From NCBI GenBank assembly GCA_030432715.1, contig JAUIML010000003.1, forward strand, positions 1 to 58,889: 58,889 nucleotides of DNA, given 5' to 3'. The position numbers were made by a program, and so were the translations under genes. Source of the stretch: Acidimicrobiia bacterium. Lineage in GTDB: Bacteria; Actinomycetota; Acidimicrobiia; Acidimicrobiales; Aldehydirespiratoraceae. Positions 19,245 to 28,736 of the stretch are shown here, piece by piece. Under the pieces are notes generated by a model. The model was not told where the DNA came from. It worked only from the letters and a program-made list of their open reading frames with translations, and did no database searches. How positions within the stretch are numbered: position 1 is the stretch's first letter; the number at the start of each line of letters is the position of its first letter.

Positions 19245-19334
19245 TCAGCGGGCGAGCAGGAAGAACTGCAACGCGCCCGCCGCCAGGATGGCCATCAACA
19301 GGAGGGCGATCACGAGCGTGGTGCCCGACCGCAT
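19245..19334 (-). CDS. 29-aa single-TM small protein
   Basis: MRSGTTLVIALLLMAILAAGALQFFLLAR*. ATG overlaps the DUF62 stop (TGATG); GC-rich third positions. Confidence 0.7.
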   Translation of the reverse strand: MRSGTTLVIALLLMAILAAGALQFFLLAR

Positions 19335-20197
19335 CAGGGTCGCCGCCCCAGCTCGACCGGGGTGACGACCCCCTGATTGGTGCCCTCGGCGAGGGTCGAG
19401 ATCCGCACCTCGTCACCCTCGCCCAAGCCGAACTCGGCGGCGGCCGAGGTGCGAGCGGCGGCCACCGAGAGCAACCCACTCGAGTCGACGACGAGGCCGA
19501 CCCGCCCGGTCGGGATGTCGTCGTAGGCATCGGCACGAACGCCGACCCGGTCGTCGCCCCCGATCGTGACGCCGAGCAGCTCGCCGAAGGCGGCGAGTTC
19601 GAGCGGATCGACGTTGAGCTGGCAGTTGCCGAACCGGTCGACCCAGAGCACTTCACACACGAGGGTCTCGCCCTCGACCTGACTGACCGGGAGGATGCCG
19701 GGCATGAGTCCGGCCGGGTCGATCTCGGGGCCGAGGTCGGTCAGGGGCACGCCGTTGCAGAGATGGGCGGCCGCCGGGGCGAACACGTCACGGCCGTCGA
19801 ACGTCGACCCGCCGGCTGCATCGAGGCGATGGTCGGCTGAGGTGAGCTCGACCGCCCGGGTCGCTCCACCGACCAACCCGACGGCCGGGGCGAGCAGCCC
19901 GTTGTCGGGACCGACCAGGTACGAGGCGCCGTCGCCGACCTCGATCGCGATCGGACGACGCGCCGTGCCGACGCCGGGGTCGACCACCGCGACGACGACT
20001 CCCGGGCACAGATAGTTCGCGGCGCGGGCCAGCGCGAGACCACCGGCCCGCGTGTCGTGGGGGGCGATGCCGTGGGTGACGTCGATGACGGCGGCATGGG
20101 GGGCGATCGAACGGATCACCGAGTGCACGACCCCCACGAATTCGTCGCCGTGTCCGAAGTCGGACAGGAACGAGACGGTGTCGAAACGCGGGTTCAC
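19334..20197 (-). CDS. SAM hydroxide adenosyltransferase / chlorinase-fluorinase family (DUF62)
   Basis: FLSDFG, VVDPGVGTARR, GPDNG, STFDGRDVFAP, VDRFGN. Confidence 0.93.
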   Translation of the reverse strand: MNPRFDTVSFLSDFGHGDEFVGVVHSVIRSIAPHAAVIDVTHGIAPHDTRAGGLALARAANYLCPGVVVAVVDPGVGTARRPIAIEVGDGASYLVGPDNGLLAPAVGLVGGATRAVELTSADHRLDAAGGSTFDGRDVFAPAAAHLCNGVPLTDLGPEIDPAGLMPGILPVSQVEGETLVCEVLWVDRFGNCQLNVDPLELAAFGELLGVTIGGDDRVGVRADAYDDIPTGRVGLVVDSSGLLSVAAARTSAAAEFGLGEGDEVRISTLAEGTNQGVVTPVELGRRP

Positions 20198-20231
20198 GCT
20201 CGCGACGCTACCGGTGCGGTCGGGCCGGTGG

Positions 20232-21023
20232 TCACTCGGCGCCCAGCTCGCGGGAGCGCTCGGCGGCGGCATGGACGACGTCGGCCACCAGACCGAGGAA
20301 GTCGGCATCGTCGAACACGGCGAGACCGGCGGCGGTGGTGCCACCCTTCGAGGTCACGTTGGTGCGCAGCACCGCCGGGTCCTCGCCCGACGTCGACAGC
20401 AGCGTGGCCGCGCCGAGCAGGGTCTGGCGGGCGAGTGCATCGGCCGTCGCCGGGTCGAGGCCTTCGGCGACGCCGGCCGCTATGAGACCCTCGGCCATCC
20501 GGAAGAGATACGCGGGGCCCGACCCGGAGAGTCCGGTGACGGCGTCGAGGTCGGCCTCGTCGACCGTGACCACGAGCCCGACGGCCGACAGGATCCCGGC
20601 CGCCCACTCGAGATCATCGGCGTCGGCGTGGGCGCCGGCCGCGATGCCGGCGGCGCCCTGACCGACCAGAGCCGGGGTGTTCGGCATGCACCGCACCACG
20701 GCGGTGCCCTCACCCATCGCCGCTTCGATGGCGGCGGTGCGGACGCCGGCCGCGATCGACAGCACCCGGCGCACACCGGCGGTCGTGAGGCCCGTGAGGA
20801 CCAGGGGCACCACGTCGGGTTTGACGGCCACGAGGGCATCGGTGCCGGGGACGGGTTCGGTGCCGGCGGAGAGCCCCGGGTACCGCTCGGTCAACTCCTG
20901 CCGGCGAGCGGCGACCGGTTCGACGACGTGCAGGTCATCGGGCTGCGCCCAACCCTGCTCGATCATTCCGCCGAGGAGCGCCTCGGCCATCTTGCCGCCG
21001 CCGATCATCTGGAGCTTGGTCAC
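20232..21023 (-). CDS. proC: Pyrroline-5-carboxylate reductase
   Basis: GGGKMA, AVKP, SIAAG, RCMPNTP, GLSGSGPAY, VTSKGGTT. Confidence 0.96.
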   Translation of the reverse strand: MTKLQMIGGGKMAEALLGGMIEQGWAQPDDLHVVEPVAARRQELTERYPGLSAGTEPVPGTDALVAVKPDVVPLVLTGLTTAGVRRVLSIAAGVRTAAIEAAMGEGTAVVRCMPNTPALVGQGAAGIAAGAHADADDLEWAAGILSAVGLVVTVDEADLDAVTGLSGSGPAYLFRMAEGLIAAGVAEGLDPATADALARQTLLGAATLLSTSGEDPAVLRTNVTSKGGTTAAGLAVFDDADFLGLVADVVHAAAERSRELGAE

Positions 21024-21131
21024 GGCCGGACACCGTATGCGAAACCCGGTGGAGGCAGGACCCGCGCACTTCCCCGAGCGCTTCGCACCTCCACCGGGTC
21101 AAGGACGAATATACATGGGATGATATGAAAG

Positions 21132-21596
21132 TCAATCCTTGAAGCGGGAGGCGAAGCCGAGGCGCATCGCCGGCCGGAAGACCAGTTCGACGGCCGCCCA
21201 CATCGACCCGAGGATGCGGTCGAGCTCGGCATCGGTGACGGCCGCCACCGGCAGCGATCCCCGCAGGAAGACCGCGTCCTCGTCGCCCAGCTCGAGGTGG
21301 AGCCCCGTCAGCTTGTGGTTGCGGCGCAGGAGATGCTCGAACAACTCGGCCCGGTTCTCCTCCGGCGCCGGCATCAGGAAGGTCTCGAAGCCGAGAGTGC
21401 GTTGACCCAGCGTCCACCAGGCGGTCCACACGTCCTTCTCCTCGCCGAGGAATCGGATGTACCAGCGGATCACGTCGCCTTCGGCCCGCTCGACGGCATC
21501 GATGGCGGGATTGTCGGCCATCTCGGCCGCGAGCCATTCGTCGATCCGCCGCTCCAGGGCGGCGAGTTCGGCGGGCGTGGCCGGCGGTGACTGCAC
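21132..21596 (-). CDS. YbjN-domain (CesT-like chaperone fold) protein
   Basis: RFLGEEK...PAPEENRAELFEHLLRRN...LDRILG...LGFASRF. Follows mshA, as is common in actinobacteria. Confidence 0.8.
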   Translation of the reverse strand: MQSPPATPAELAALERRIDEWLAAEMADNPAIDAVERAEGDVIRWYIRFLGEEKDVWTAWWTLGQRTLGFETFLMPAPEENRAELFEHLLRRNHKLTGLHLELGDEDAVFLRGSLPVAAVTDAELDRILGSMWAAVELVFRPAMRLGFASRFKD

Positions 21597-21600
21597 GATG

Positions 21601-22812
21601 TCAGGCGAGACAGTCGACGGGTTCGCGCAGGGCGAGGTCGGCGTAGACCCGGCGGAGGCGGGCCGCCATGGTGGTCCACGTGTAGCTGACGGCGGCCTCG
21701 GCCGCCTGTCGCGAGAGTTCGTCGGCCAGCAACGGCGAGTCGAGAATGCGTCGGGTGGCGGCCGCGAAGTCGCGGGGGTCACGGCCGCTGATCCGGAATC
21801 CGGTACGCCCCTCTTCGACCAGGGTGCGGAGCCCGCCGACGTCGGAGGCGACGACCGGCGTGCCGCAGGCCGCCGCTTCGAGGGCGACGAGGCCGAACGA
21901 CTCGCTCCGGGAGGGCACGAGGCACACGTCGGCGGCGCGGTAGTAGGTGGACAGCACGTGGTGCGGCTGGGGCGGCACCATCGACACGCGGTCGACGAGG
22001 CCGCGATCGGCGATGAGCTTCTCGATCTTGCGGACCTCGTCGTCGCCCTCGATCCCGCTCGACCCGCCGACGATCAGGAGGCGCGCATCGTCGATGTCGA
22101 GCGCGGCGAGCGCCTCGACCGCGACGTCGACCCCCTTCAGCGGCTGGATGCGGCCGACGAAGAGCAGGAGAGGCGACGCATCGAGCCCCAACGCCGCTCG
22201 GGCACCGTCGCGAGCGCCGGGCGAGAAGAAGGCGTGGTCGACCCCGGGCGGCACGACCTCGACCCGGTCGGCATCGGCCCCGTAGTGGGTGACGAGTTCG
22301 TGGAGCTCGGTGACCGAGTTGGCGGTGATCACGTCGGCGCAGCGGATCACCTCGGCCTCGGCATCGATGCGACGCTGCGGCTCGTCGTCGCCCGTCTCGG
22401 CCTTGACCCGGGCCAGCGTGTGGAACGTTGTGACCAGCGGCAGATCGAGCTGGTGCTTCAACCGGTGGCCCGCCACACCCGAGAGCCAGTAGTTGGCGTG
22501 GATGACGTCGACGGGACGCTCGACGAGATCACGCCCGACGGCCTCGGTGAACTCATCGACGATGTCGGGCAATGCCTCCTTGGCGAGCCCGACGGGACCG
22601 GCGTCGACGTGGACGACCCGGAACCCGGGCTCGACCTCGACCACGTCGGGGAGATCGTCGTCCCAACGACGCACGTAGACGGTCGCATCGGTGCCGCCCT
22701 GAGCCAACGACGACACGAGCTCGCGGATGTAGACGTTCATCCCTCCCGCGTCGCCGTGCCCGGGCTGGACCAGGGGCGACGTGTGCAAGGACAGAACGGC
22801 GACGCGGCTCAC
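21601..22812 (-). CDS. mshA: D-inositol-3-phosphate glycosyltransferase (mycothiol synthesis)
   Basis: SLHTSPLVQPGHGDAGGMNVY, HANYWLSG, VGRIQPLKG, SESFGLVALEA. Confidence 0.92.
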   Translation of the reverse strand: MSRVAVLSLHTSPLVQPGHGDAGGMNVYIRELVSSLAQGGTDATVYVRRWDDDLPDVVEVEPGFRVVHVDAGPVGLAKEALPDIVDEFTEAVGRDLVERPVDVIHANYWLSGVAGHRLKHQLDLPLVTTFHTLARVKAETGDDEPQRRIDAEAEVIRCADVITANSVTELHELVTHYGADADRVEVVPPGVDHAFFSPGARDGARAALGLDASPLLLFVGRIQPLKGVDVAVEALAALDIDDARLLIVGGSSGIEGDDEVRKIEKLIADRGLVDRVSMVPPQPHHVLSTYYRAADVCLVPSRSESFGLVALEAAACGTPVVASDVGGLRTLVEEGRTGFRISGRDPRDFAAATRRILDSPLLADELSRQAAEAAVSYTWTTMAARLRRVYADLALREPVDCLA

Positions 22813-22894
22813 GACCTGTCCCAACGCACGGGGCCGACCAGACATTCCGTGACCCTGCGGGCGGGCGACCGGCCGGCGAGCGCAGGGTCGCCGA

Positions 22895-23422
22895 TCACGA
22901 GGGGGAGGTGGACGCTTCTCCGCCGGCGATCCGACGGGCGAGCTCGTCGTTGAGCGAGTCGATGGTGTCGTGGAGCGAGCGGCGACTCGTCGACAGTCGC
23001 TCCTCGAAATCGCGCAGGGCGATGACGGCCGCGGACAGCTCGTCGTCACCCAGATCGGCCACCTCGGTCATGATGGACGGCCCGACCACGTCGTCGAGCA
23101 CCGCGGTGAGCGGATCCACCACGGCTTCGGGCGGATCGAGCTCCTGGTCGACACGCCCCGATCCCGGCGCCCGGACCCCATCGCTCAACAGCTCGGGCAG
23201 GCGGGCCACCAGGTCGGCCAGGTCGCCGCCGCCGCCCTCGGTGCGGCGCTTGGTCTCGGCCACGATCACGTCGAGGCGTCCCTGCGCCAGCCGGCGCACA
23301 TAGGAGACCCCGTTCTCGAGGTCGGTGCACTCCGAACGCATCCTGCGGAGATCATCGGTTGCGGACTCGGCGAGCCCGGCCAGGTAGCCGGCCTCCAGCA
23401 CTCGTTGGAGATCTGGGATCAT
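22895..23422 (-). CDS. rsiG: RsiG (AmfC)-family c-di-GMP-binding anti-sigma factor
   Basis: ENGVSYVRRLAQGRLD matches E-x3-S-x2-R-x3-Q-x3-D. A second helix, EERLSTSRRSLHDTID, has H in place of Q. Confidence 0.8.
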   Translation of the reverse strand: MIPDLQRVLEAGYLAGLAESATDDLRRMRSECTDLENGVSYVRRLAQGRLDVIVAETKRRTEGGGGDLADLVARLPELLSDGVRAPGSGRVDQELDPPEAVVDPLTAVLDDVVGPSIMTEVADLGDDELSAAVIALRDFEERLSTSRRSLHDTIDSLNDELARRIAGGEASTSPS

Positions 23423-23496
23423 CGGGATGGGTCGACCTTGCTTCTCGTCGCGCGTCTCGTCGCGGCTTCTCGGTGGTGTCCGGCGGACGCGGCAGC

Positions 23497-23757
23497 CTAC
23501 CTGCCGCGGACCGCCGCGCCGGATCCGCCCGAGACCGGAGGCAACACGGCGACCTCGTCGCGGTCGCCGACCGGGTGGTCGCGCCCGACGGCCTCGCCGT
23601 TGCACCACACCGCGGCCGTCTCGAGAATGCCCGCGAAATCGGATCCGTAGCGAGCCACCGCGGCGTCGAGCACCTCGCCCACGGTGGCACCGGGAACGGT
23701 GTCGTGCTTCGTGCCGGCGGCCTCGCGGGCCGAGGCGAACAAGCGGAGCTGGGCCAT
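23497..23757 (-). CDS. MoaD/ThiS-family sulfur carrier with C-terminal extension
   Basis: LRLFASAREAAG...DEVAVLPPVSGG followed by SGAAVRGR. Confidence 0.85.
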   Translation of the reverse strand: MAQLRLFASAREAAGTKHDTVPGATVGEVLDAAVARYGSDFAGILETAAVWCNGEAVGRDHPVGDRDEVAVLPPVSGGSGAAVRGR

Positions 23758-23843
23758 GGACGACCACCGTAGCGGGAGGCCCTCGCGCGCCCCATCGCCA
23801 TCCCCGCCACTGTCAGTGTGCGCCGGTACGGTCGGCGCTGATC

Positions 23844-24437
23844 ATGTTGAACGTGCTTGTCGCCCGTCACGGGCAGTCGGAGTGGAACGCCGTGGGGCGC
23901 TGGCAGGGCCAGGCCGACCCGCCGTTGTCCGACCTCGGCCGCGCCCAGGCGGCCGGTGCGGCGATGCAGCTCGGCGCGTTCGATGCCATCGTCGCAAGCG
24001 ACCTCGACCGTGCCCTCACCACCGCGATGATCATCGCCGAGCACCTCGGCATCGGCCCGGTCCTCGTCGAACCCTCCTTCCGCGAACGCCACGCCGGCGA
24101 GTACCAGGGGCTCACCCGCGAGGAGATCGAAGCTCGCTTCCCCGGCAACCTCGATGCCGGGATCTGGCCGCCGGGTTGGGAGCCCGACCGCGAGGTCCAC
24201 ATCCGAGTGACCGAAGGTCTGGAGCGGGTCCGCGACGAGATCGGGTCGGGCGATGTGCTGATCATCTCCCACGGCGGCGTGATCTACAGCCTCGAAGGGC
24301 ACCACGGTGTCCCCCACGAACGCATCGCCAATCTCGGGGCCCGCTGGTTCCACCACGACGAGCGCGGCTGGCGGCTGGGCGAACGGGTGCAGCTCTCCCC
24401 CGACGAGGTCACCATCGAGAACCAGGACATCTTCTGA
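23844..24437 (+). CDS. Histidine phosphatase family protein
   Basis: ARHGQSEWN...QGQADPPLS...SDLDRA...SHGG. Confidence 0.92.
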   Translation: MLNVLVARHGQSEWNAVGRWQGQADPPLSDLGRAQAAGAAMQLGAFDAIVASDLDRALTTAMIIAEHLGIGPVLVEPSFRERHAGEYQGLTREEIEARFPGNLDAGIWPPGWEPDREVHIRVTEGLERVRDEIGSGDVLIISHGGVIYSLEGHHGVPHERIANLGARWFHHDERGWRLGERVQLSPDEVTIENQDIF

Positions 24438-24450
24438 TGGGTCCCCGCCG

Positions 24451-25011
24451 ATGATGTCGTCGCGCTATCCCGTCGAGGTGATCCGCTCCGAGCGGCGGGT
24501 GAAGACCGTCTCGGCCCGCATCGTCGACGGTGTGATCCGGGTCCGGATCCCGGCCTGGATGTCGGAGAGCGACGAGCGGAAGTTCGTCACCGACGTCGTC
24601 GAGCGGATCGAACAGGAACGCCGTTCCCACGCAATCGATCTCGAGGCGCGGGCGGCAGCCCTCGCCGACGAGTTCGATCTACCGAAGCCCGAGTCGATCC
24701 GCTGGTCGAAGACCCAACGTCAACGCTGGGGGTCGTGTTCGGTCCACAGCGGCCACATCCGGGTCTCCGACCGCCTGGTCGACGTGCCGCCCTGGGTGCT
24801 CGACCACGTGATCGTGCACGAGCTCGCCCACCTCCGCGTCGCCGACCACTCCCCCGCCTTCCAGGCGCTGGTCAACCGCAACCCGCTCGCGGAGCGGGCC
24901 ACCGGCTATCTCCTGGCGGTGAGCGACCGCCTCGACCGACTCGAGCCCGCGCCGTCCGCCGGAGCCGAGGAGATCGTCGATCACTTCGACGGTCTCGACG
25001 CAGCCGGCTGA
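24451..25011 (+). CDS. YgjP/DUF45-like metallopeptidase
   Basis: RSERRVKT, QRWGSCS, VIVHELAHL, HSPAF. Confidence 0.88.
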   Translation: MMSSRYPVEVIRSERRVKTVSARIVDGVIRVRIPAWMSESDERKFVTDVVERIEQERRSHAIDLEARAAALADEFDLPKPESIRWSKTQRQRWGSCSVHSGHIRVSDRLVDVPPWVLDHVIVHELAHLRVADHSPAFQALVNRNPLAERATGYLLAVSDRLDRLEPAPSAGAEEIVDHFDGLDAAG

Positions 25012-26459
25012 GCGGCCTTCGCCGCCAACCAGGCCGCTTCCTCGTGGCCCAGCGGTGTGCTCGGTGGCGCATCGGTCCAGACCCAGAGTTCCTCGGAGAT
25101 CGCCCGCCAGTTCGCGGTCGCCCCGAGCTGACCGAGGATCGAGAAGAGACCGAGGTTGATGCGTTGGATGAGGGCGAACGTGGGCGGGACGTTGGTGTGC
25201 TTCAGGATGTCGTGCGTCTTCGCGTCGAAGGTCCGGTAGAGCAGGTCGACCGTGTAGTCGGTGGTGACCATGACCGGCTCGTCGTCGAGGATGAGCTCGT
25301 AGTAGGCCGCGAACCAGTCGAAGATCTCCTGGTCCTCGAAGGGGGCGCCGGGTCGCAGGACCAGCTGATCCTCGGCCGCCGAACGGAAGCGGGCCGGGTC
25401 TCGATCGATCATCGCCCGGATCAGCACCGCGAACTGGTCGACCTCGTCCTCGGCGAAGTGCTTCACGAGTCCGAAGTCGAGAAACGCGACCCGGCCGTCG
25501 TCGGCCAGGAGATAGTTGCCGGGATGGGGGTCGCCGTTGAACAGGTACTGACGGTTGAGGCTGCGGAACACGAAGCGGTAGACGATCTCGGCGACCCGCT
25601 GACGCTCTTCCTCCGGTGCCTCGTAGACCTCCTCGAAGGGCCGACCCCGCACGAACTCGGTGGTGAGCACGTTGACGGTGGTCAGGTCGTCGTGGACGGC
25701 GGGCACCCACACGTGAGGGTGGCCTTCGTAGTAGTCGGCGAACACCTTCTGGTTCCTCGCCTCGTTCAGATAGTCGAGCTCCTCGTTGATCCGGTCGCGC
25801 AGCTCCCGGACCAGCTCGTCGGGGTTGAGTCCCGGATACACGAGGGCGAGCAACATCGCGAGCCGTTCGGTGTTGTCGAGGTCGGCGGCGATCGCCTCGG
25901 CGATCCCCGGGTACTGCACCTTGACCGCGACCTCGCGGCCGTCGACCGTGACCGCCCGATGCACCTGACCGATCGACGCGGCCGCGACGGGCGTCTCGTC
26001 GATCTCGAGGAACATCTCGTGGAGGGGACGGCCCAGTGATCGCTCGATCTCGGTGAGGGCGAGATCCGACGGCATGGGTGGCGCGTCGGACCGCAGGCTG
26101 GCGAGCGCCTGACGCATGGGCTCGGGCATGCCTTCGTCGAGATAGCTGGCCATCTGCCCGAGCTTCATGAGGGCGCCCTTCATCTCCCCGAGCGAACCCA
26201 CGACGTCGTCGGCCTCGCGGCGCTCGAGTTCGGCCTGGAGCCGTCGCCGGGTCTCGTCGGACGCGAGCCTCGACCGGGCCTTGGTCACACCCCGATCGGC
26301 CGCCCGGCGGGCCACGAGCCGCCCCATCTCGACCCGCCGCTGCCCCCGGGTCAACGCCGCGATCGGCGAGTGGGCGACGCCGACGCGACCGCGACCGACC
26401 ACGGCCACCACGACTGCGACGAGGCCGGCCAGGCCGAGGAGGCCGACGACCCGCTTCAC
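24981..26459 (-). CDS. ABC1/UbiB-family atypical kinase
   Basis: KGALMKLGQ, AAASIGQVH, VAVKVQYP, EELDY, DPHPGN, LDFG. Confidence 0.93.
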   Translation of the reverse strand: MKRVVGLLGLAGLVAVVVAVVGRGRVGVAHSPIAALTRGQRRVEMGRLVARRAADRGVTKARSRLASDETRRRLQAELERREADDVVGSLGEMKGALMKLGQMASYLDEGMPEPMRQALASLRSDAPPMPSDLALTEIERSLGRPLHEMFLEIDETPVAAASIGQVHRAVTVDGREVAVKVQYPGIAEAIAADLDNTERLAMLLALVYPGLNPDELVRELRDRINEELDYLNEARNQKVFADYYEGHPHVWVPAVHDDLTTVNVLTTEFVRGRPFEEVYEAPEEERQRVAEIVYRFVFRSLNRQYLFNGDPHPGNYLLADDGRVAFLDFGLVKHFAEDEVDQFAVLIRAMIDRDPARFRSAAEDQLVLRPGAPFEDQEIFDWFAAYYELILDDEPVMVTTDYTVDLLYRTFDAKTHDILKHTNVPPTFALIQRINLGLFSILGQLGATANWRAISEELWVWTDAPPSTPLGHEEAAWLAAKAAQPAASRPSK

Positions 26460-26460
26460 G

Positions 26461-26691
26461 TCAGCTCGGCGCAGCGTCGGATGCAGGGTCGGCCGCAGCC
26501 TCGGCGTCGCCGAGTCCGGCGACCAGCGCTTCGGCGGTGTCGAGATCGTCGGCGTCGAGCGCATCGAGTGCGGCGGACACGTTGTCGAGATCGGTCTCGA
26601 ATCCGTCGAGCACGGCATCGCCTTCCGACGGCGGCGGCGCGGCGGGCTCACCGACCGGTGCGGCTGACTCGGGAACGTCCGTCTCGTGCAT
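26461..26691 (-). CDS. Small acidic hypothetical protein
   Basis: 76 aa, GC3-rich. TAGCCT -10 lies 7 nt upstream of the ATG; stop abuts the ABC1 start. Confidence 0.6.
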   Translation of the reverse strand: MHETDVPESAAPVGEPAAPPPSEGDAVLDGFETDLDNVSAALDALDADDLDTAEALVAGLGDAEAAADPASDAAPS

Positions 26692-26774
26692 CTCGCCGAG
26701 GCTAGCCGGGCCGTGCGCCCGCCCGAACGGCCGCGCGATTGGGCGCACACCCCGAGTTCGGGCACAGTGGCTCC

Positions 26775-28736
26775 ATGGCTTCCTCTCCAGACGCCGAGCG
26801 TCACCCCCATGCCGGTCTCCCGTTCGACGACGACGACGCCGCGATCGCCGCGGCCCTCGAAGACGTCAGCATCCCGACCCTGCTGTGCACGATGGTCCAC
26901 ATCACCGGCGATCCGTCGTGGGTTCGCGGCGACCTGCGCCCCGCCGGCCTGTTCCTCAACGAGTACCAGGGGTTCATGGACGAGGAGGCGAAGGCCGAGG
27001 CGCGGCGTCGAGCCCTGCCCGAGATCATCCGCTTCCGCGACAACGGCTGTGTGCTGCCGGAGTCCCAACCCGATGCCGAACTCCTCCACGAGATGATGAA
27101 CTTCATCGGCTGCGACGAGATCCCCGACGACGTCGTGCCGATGATGCTCGACGAGATGGGACTCGGCGACGTCGACGTGAACCGCGTCGACTGGGCCGAC
27201 GACGTGGCACCCGAGGCGCGAGCCGACTTCCCCGTGGTCGTGATCGGGTGCGGCCAGTCGGGGCTCCTGGCCGGGATCCGCCTACAGGAAGCAGGCATCC
27301 CGTTCACCATCATCGAGAAGAACGGCGGACCGGGCGGTACGTGGTGGGAGAACAGCTATCCCGGAGCTCGGGTCGATGTGGGCAGCCACTTCTACTGCTA
27401 CTCGTTCGAACCCTCCGACCACTGGACCGAGTACTTCTCCCAGCAACCCGAACTCCAGCGCTACTTCCAGAACGTGATGGAGGACCATGGCATCGACGCG
27501 AACTGCCGCTTCCACACCGAGGTGGTCGCCGCCACGCTCGACGAGGAGAGCGGCCGGTGGTCCGTCGTGGTCCGGGACGCAGACGGCAACGAGGACACGC
27601 TCGAAGCGCGAGCCCTCATCAGCGCCGTGGGCTCGCTAAACCGTGCCAAGATGCCCGACATCGAGGGCATCGACGACTTCGCCGGACCCTCGTTCCACTC
27701 GACACGATGGGACCACACCGTCGACTACGAGGGAAAGAAGTTCGCCCTGGTCGGAGCCGGGGCGAGCGGGTTCCAGATCGCGCCCACGATCGCCGACGAC
27801 GTCGAACACCTCACGGTCTTCCAACGCACCGCCCAGTGGATGTTCCCCAACCCCAACTACCACGAGAAGGTCCCGGAAGGGCAGAAGTGGGCCATCCGTC
27901 ATCTCCCGTTCTTCGGGCGTTGGTTCCGCTTCCTCCAGTTCTGGCCGGGCTCCGGCGGCGACCTCTCGGGTTCCCGCATCGATCCCGACTACGACGACAG
28001 CGACGGGCTCGCGGTGAGCGAGCGCAACGCCGCGACCCGCGGCTTCTTCGAGGGCTGGATCCGCGAACAACTCGCCGACGCCCCGGAGCTGCTCGACGAC
28101 GTCATCCCCGACTATCCGGCCACCGGGAAGCGCACGTTGCAGGACAACGGCTCGTGGCTGCGATGCCTCACCCGCGACGACGTCGACCTGGTTCGCACCG
28201 GCATCGAGCGCATCGAGCCCGACGGCGTGCGCACCGTCGACGGCGTGCTCCACGAGGCCGACATCATCTGCTACGCCACCGGCTTCCATCACAACCGCTT
28301 CCTGTGGCCCATGGACATCCGCGGCCGAGGCGGCAAGACCCTGGTCGAGCACTGGGGTGAGGAACCGTCGGCCTACCTCGGTATCACCGTGCCCGAGTTC
28401 CCGAATCTGTTCTGCATGTACGGCCCGGGCACCAACCTCGCCCACGGCGGCAGCCTGATCTTCCACTCGGAGTGCCAGATCACCTACATCATGGGCTGCA
28501 TCGAGCAACTCATACGCGGCGGGCACACGACGATGGAGCCCAAGCAGGAGGTGCACGACGAGTTCGAGGCCCGCCGGAACGCGGAGATCCACCAGATGGT
28601 GTGGTCGCACCCGTCGATCCAGCACACCCACTTCAAGAACGCCAACGGCCAGATCTTCACCCTGTCGCCGTGGCCGATCCACAACTATCAGCAGTGGACC
28701 AAGGCCCCGAATCCCGACGACTACGTGTTCACGTAG
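26775..28736 (+). CDS. Baeyer-Villiger monooxygenase (4-hydroxyacetophenone monooxygenase-like)
   Basis: GCGQSG, GGTWWENSYPG, FAGPSFHSTRW fingerprint, GAGASG, ATGF; N-terminal extension. Confidence 0.92.
   Translation: MASSPDAERHPHAGLPFDDDDAAIAAALEDVSIPTLLCTMVHITGDPSWVRGDLRPAGLFLNEYQGFMDEEAKAEARRRALPEIIRFRDNGCVLPESQPDAELLHEMMNFIGCDEIPDDVVPMMLDEMGLGDVDVNRVDWADDVAPEARADFPVVVIGCGQSGLLAGIRLQEAGIPFTIIEKNGGPGGTWWENSYPGARVDVGSHFYCYSFEPSDHWTEYFSQQPELQRYFQNVMEDHGIDANCRFHTEVVAATLDEESGRWSVVVRDADGNEDTLEARALISAVGSLNRAKMPDIEGIDDFAGPSFHSTRWDHTVDYEGKKFALVGAGASGFQIAPTIADDVEHLTVFQRTAQWMFPNPNYHEKVPEGQKWAIRHLPFFGRWFRFLQFWPGSGGDLSGSRIDPDYDDSDGLAVSERNAATRGFFEGWIREQLADAPELLDDVIPDYPATGKRTLQDNGSWLRCLTRDDVDLVRTGIERIEPDGVRTVDGVLHEADIICYATGFHHNRFLWPMDIRGRGGKTLVEHWGEEPSAYLGITVPEFPNLFCMYGPGTNLAHGGSLIFHSECQITYIMGCIEQLIRGGHTTMEPKQEVHDEFEARRNAEIHQMVWSHPSIQHTHFKNANGQIFTLSPWPIHNYQQWTKAPNPDDYVFT

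Noticed and set aside
19334-20197. Possible fluorinase/chlorinase for halometabolite synthesis
   Set aside because: Housekeeping context next to proC and DUF62-type motifs favour an ordinary SAM hydroxide adenosyltransferase.
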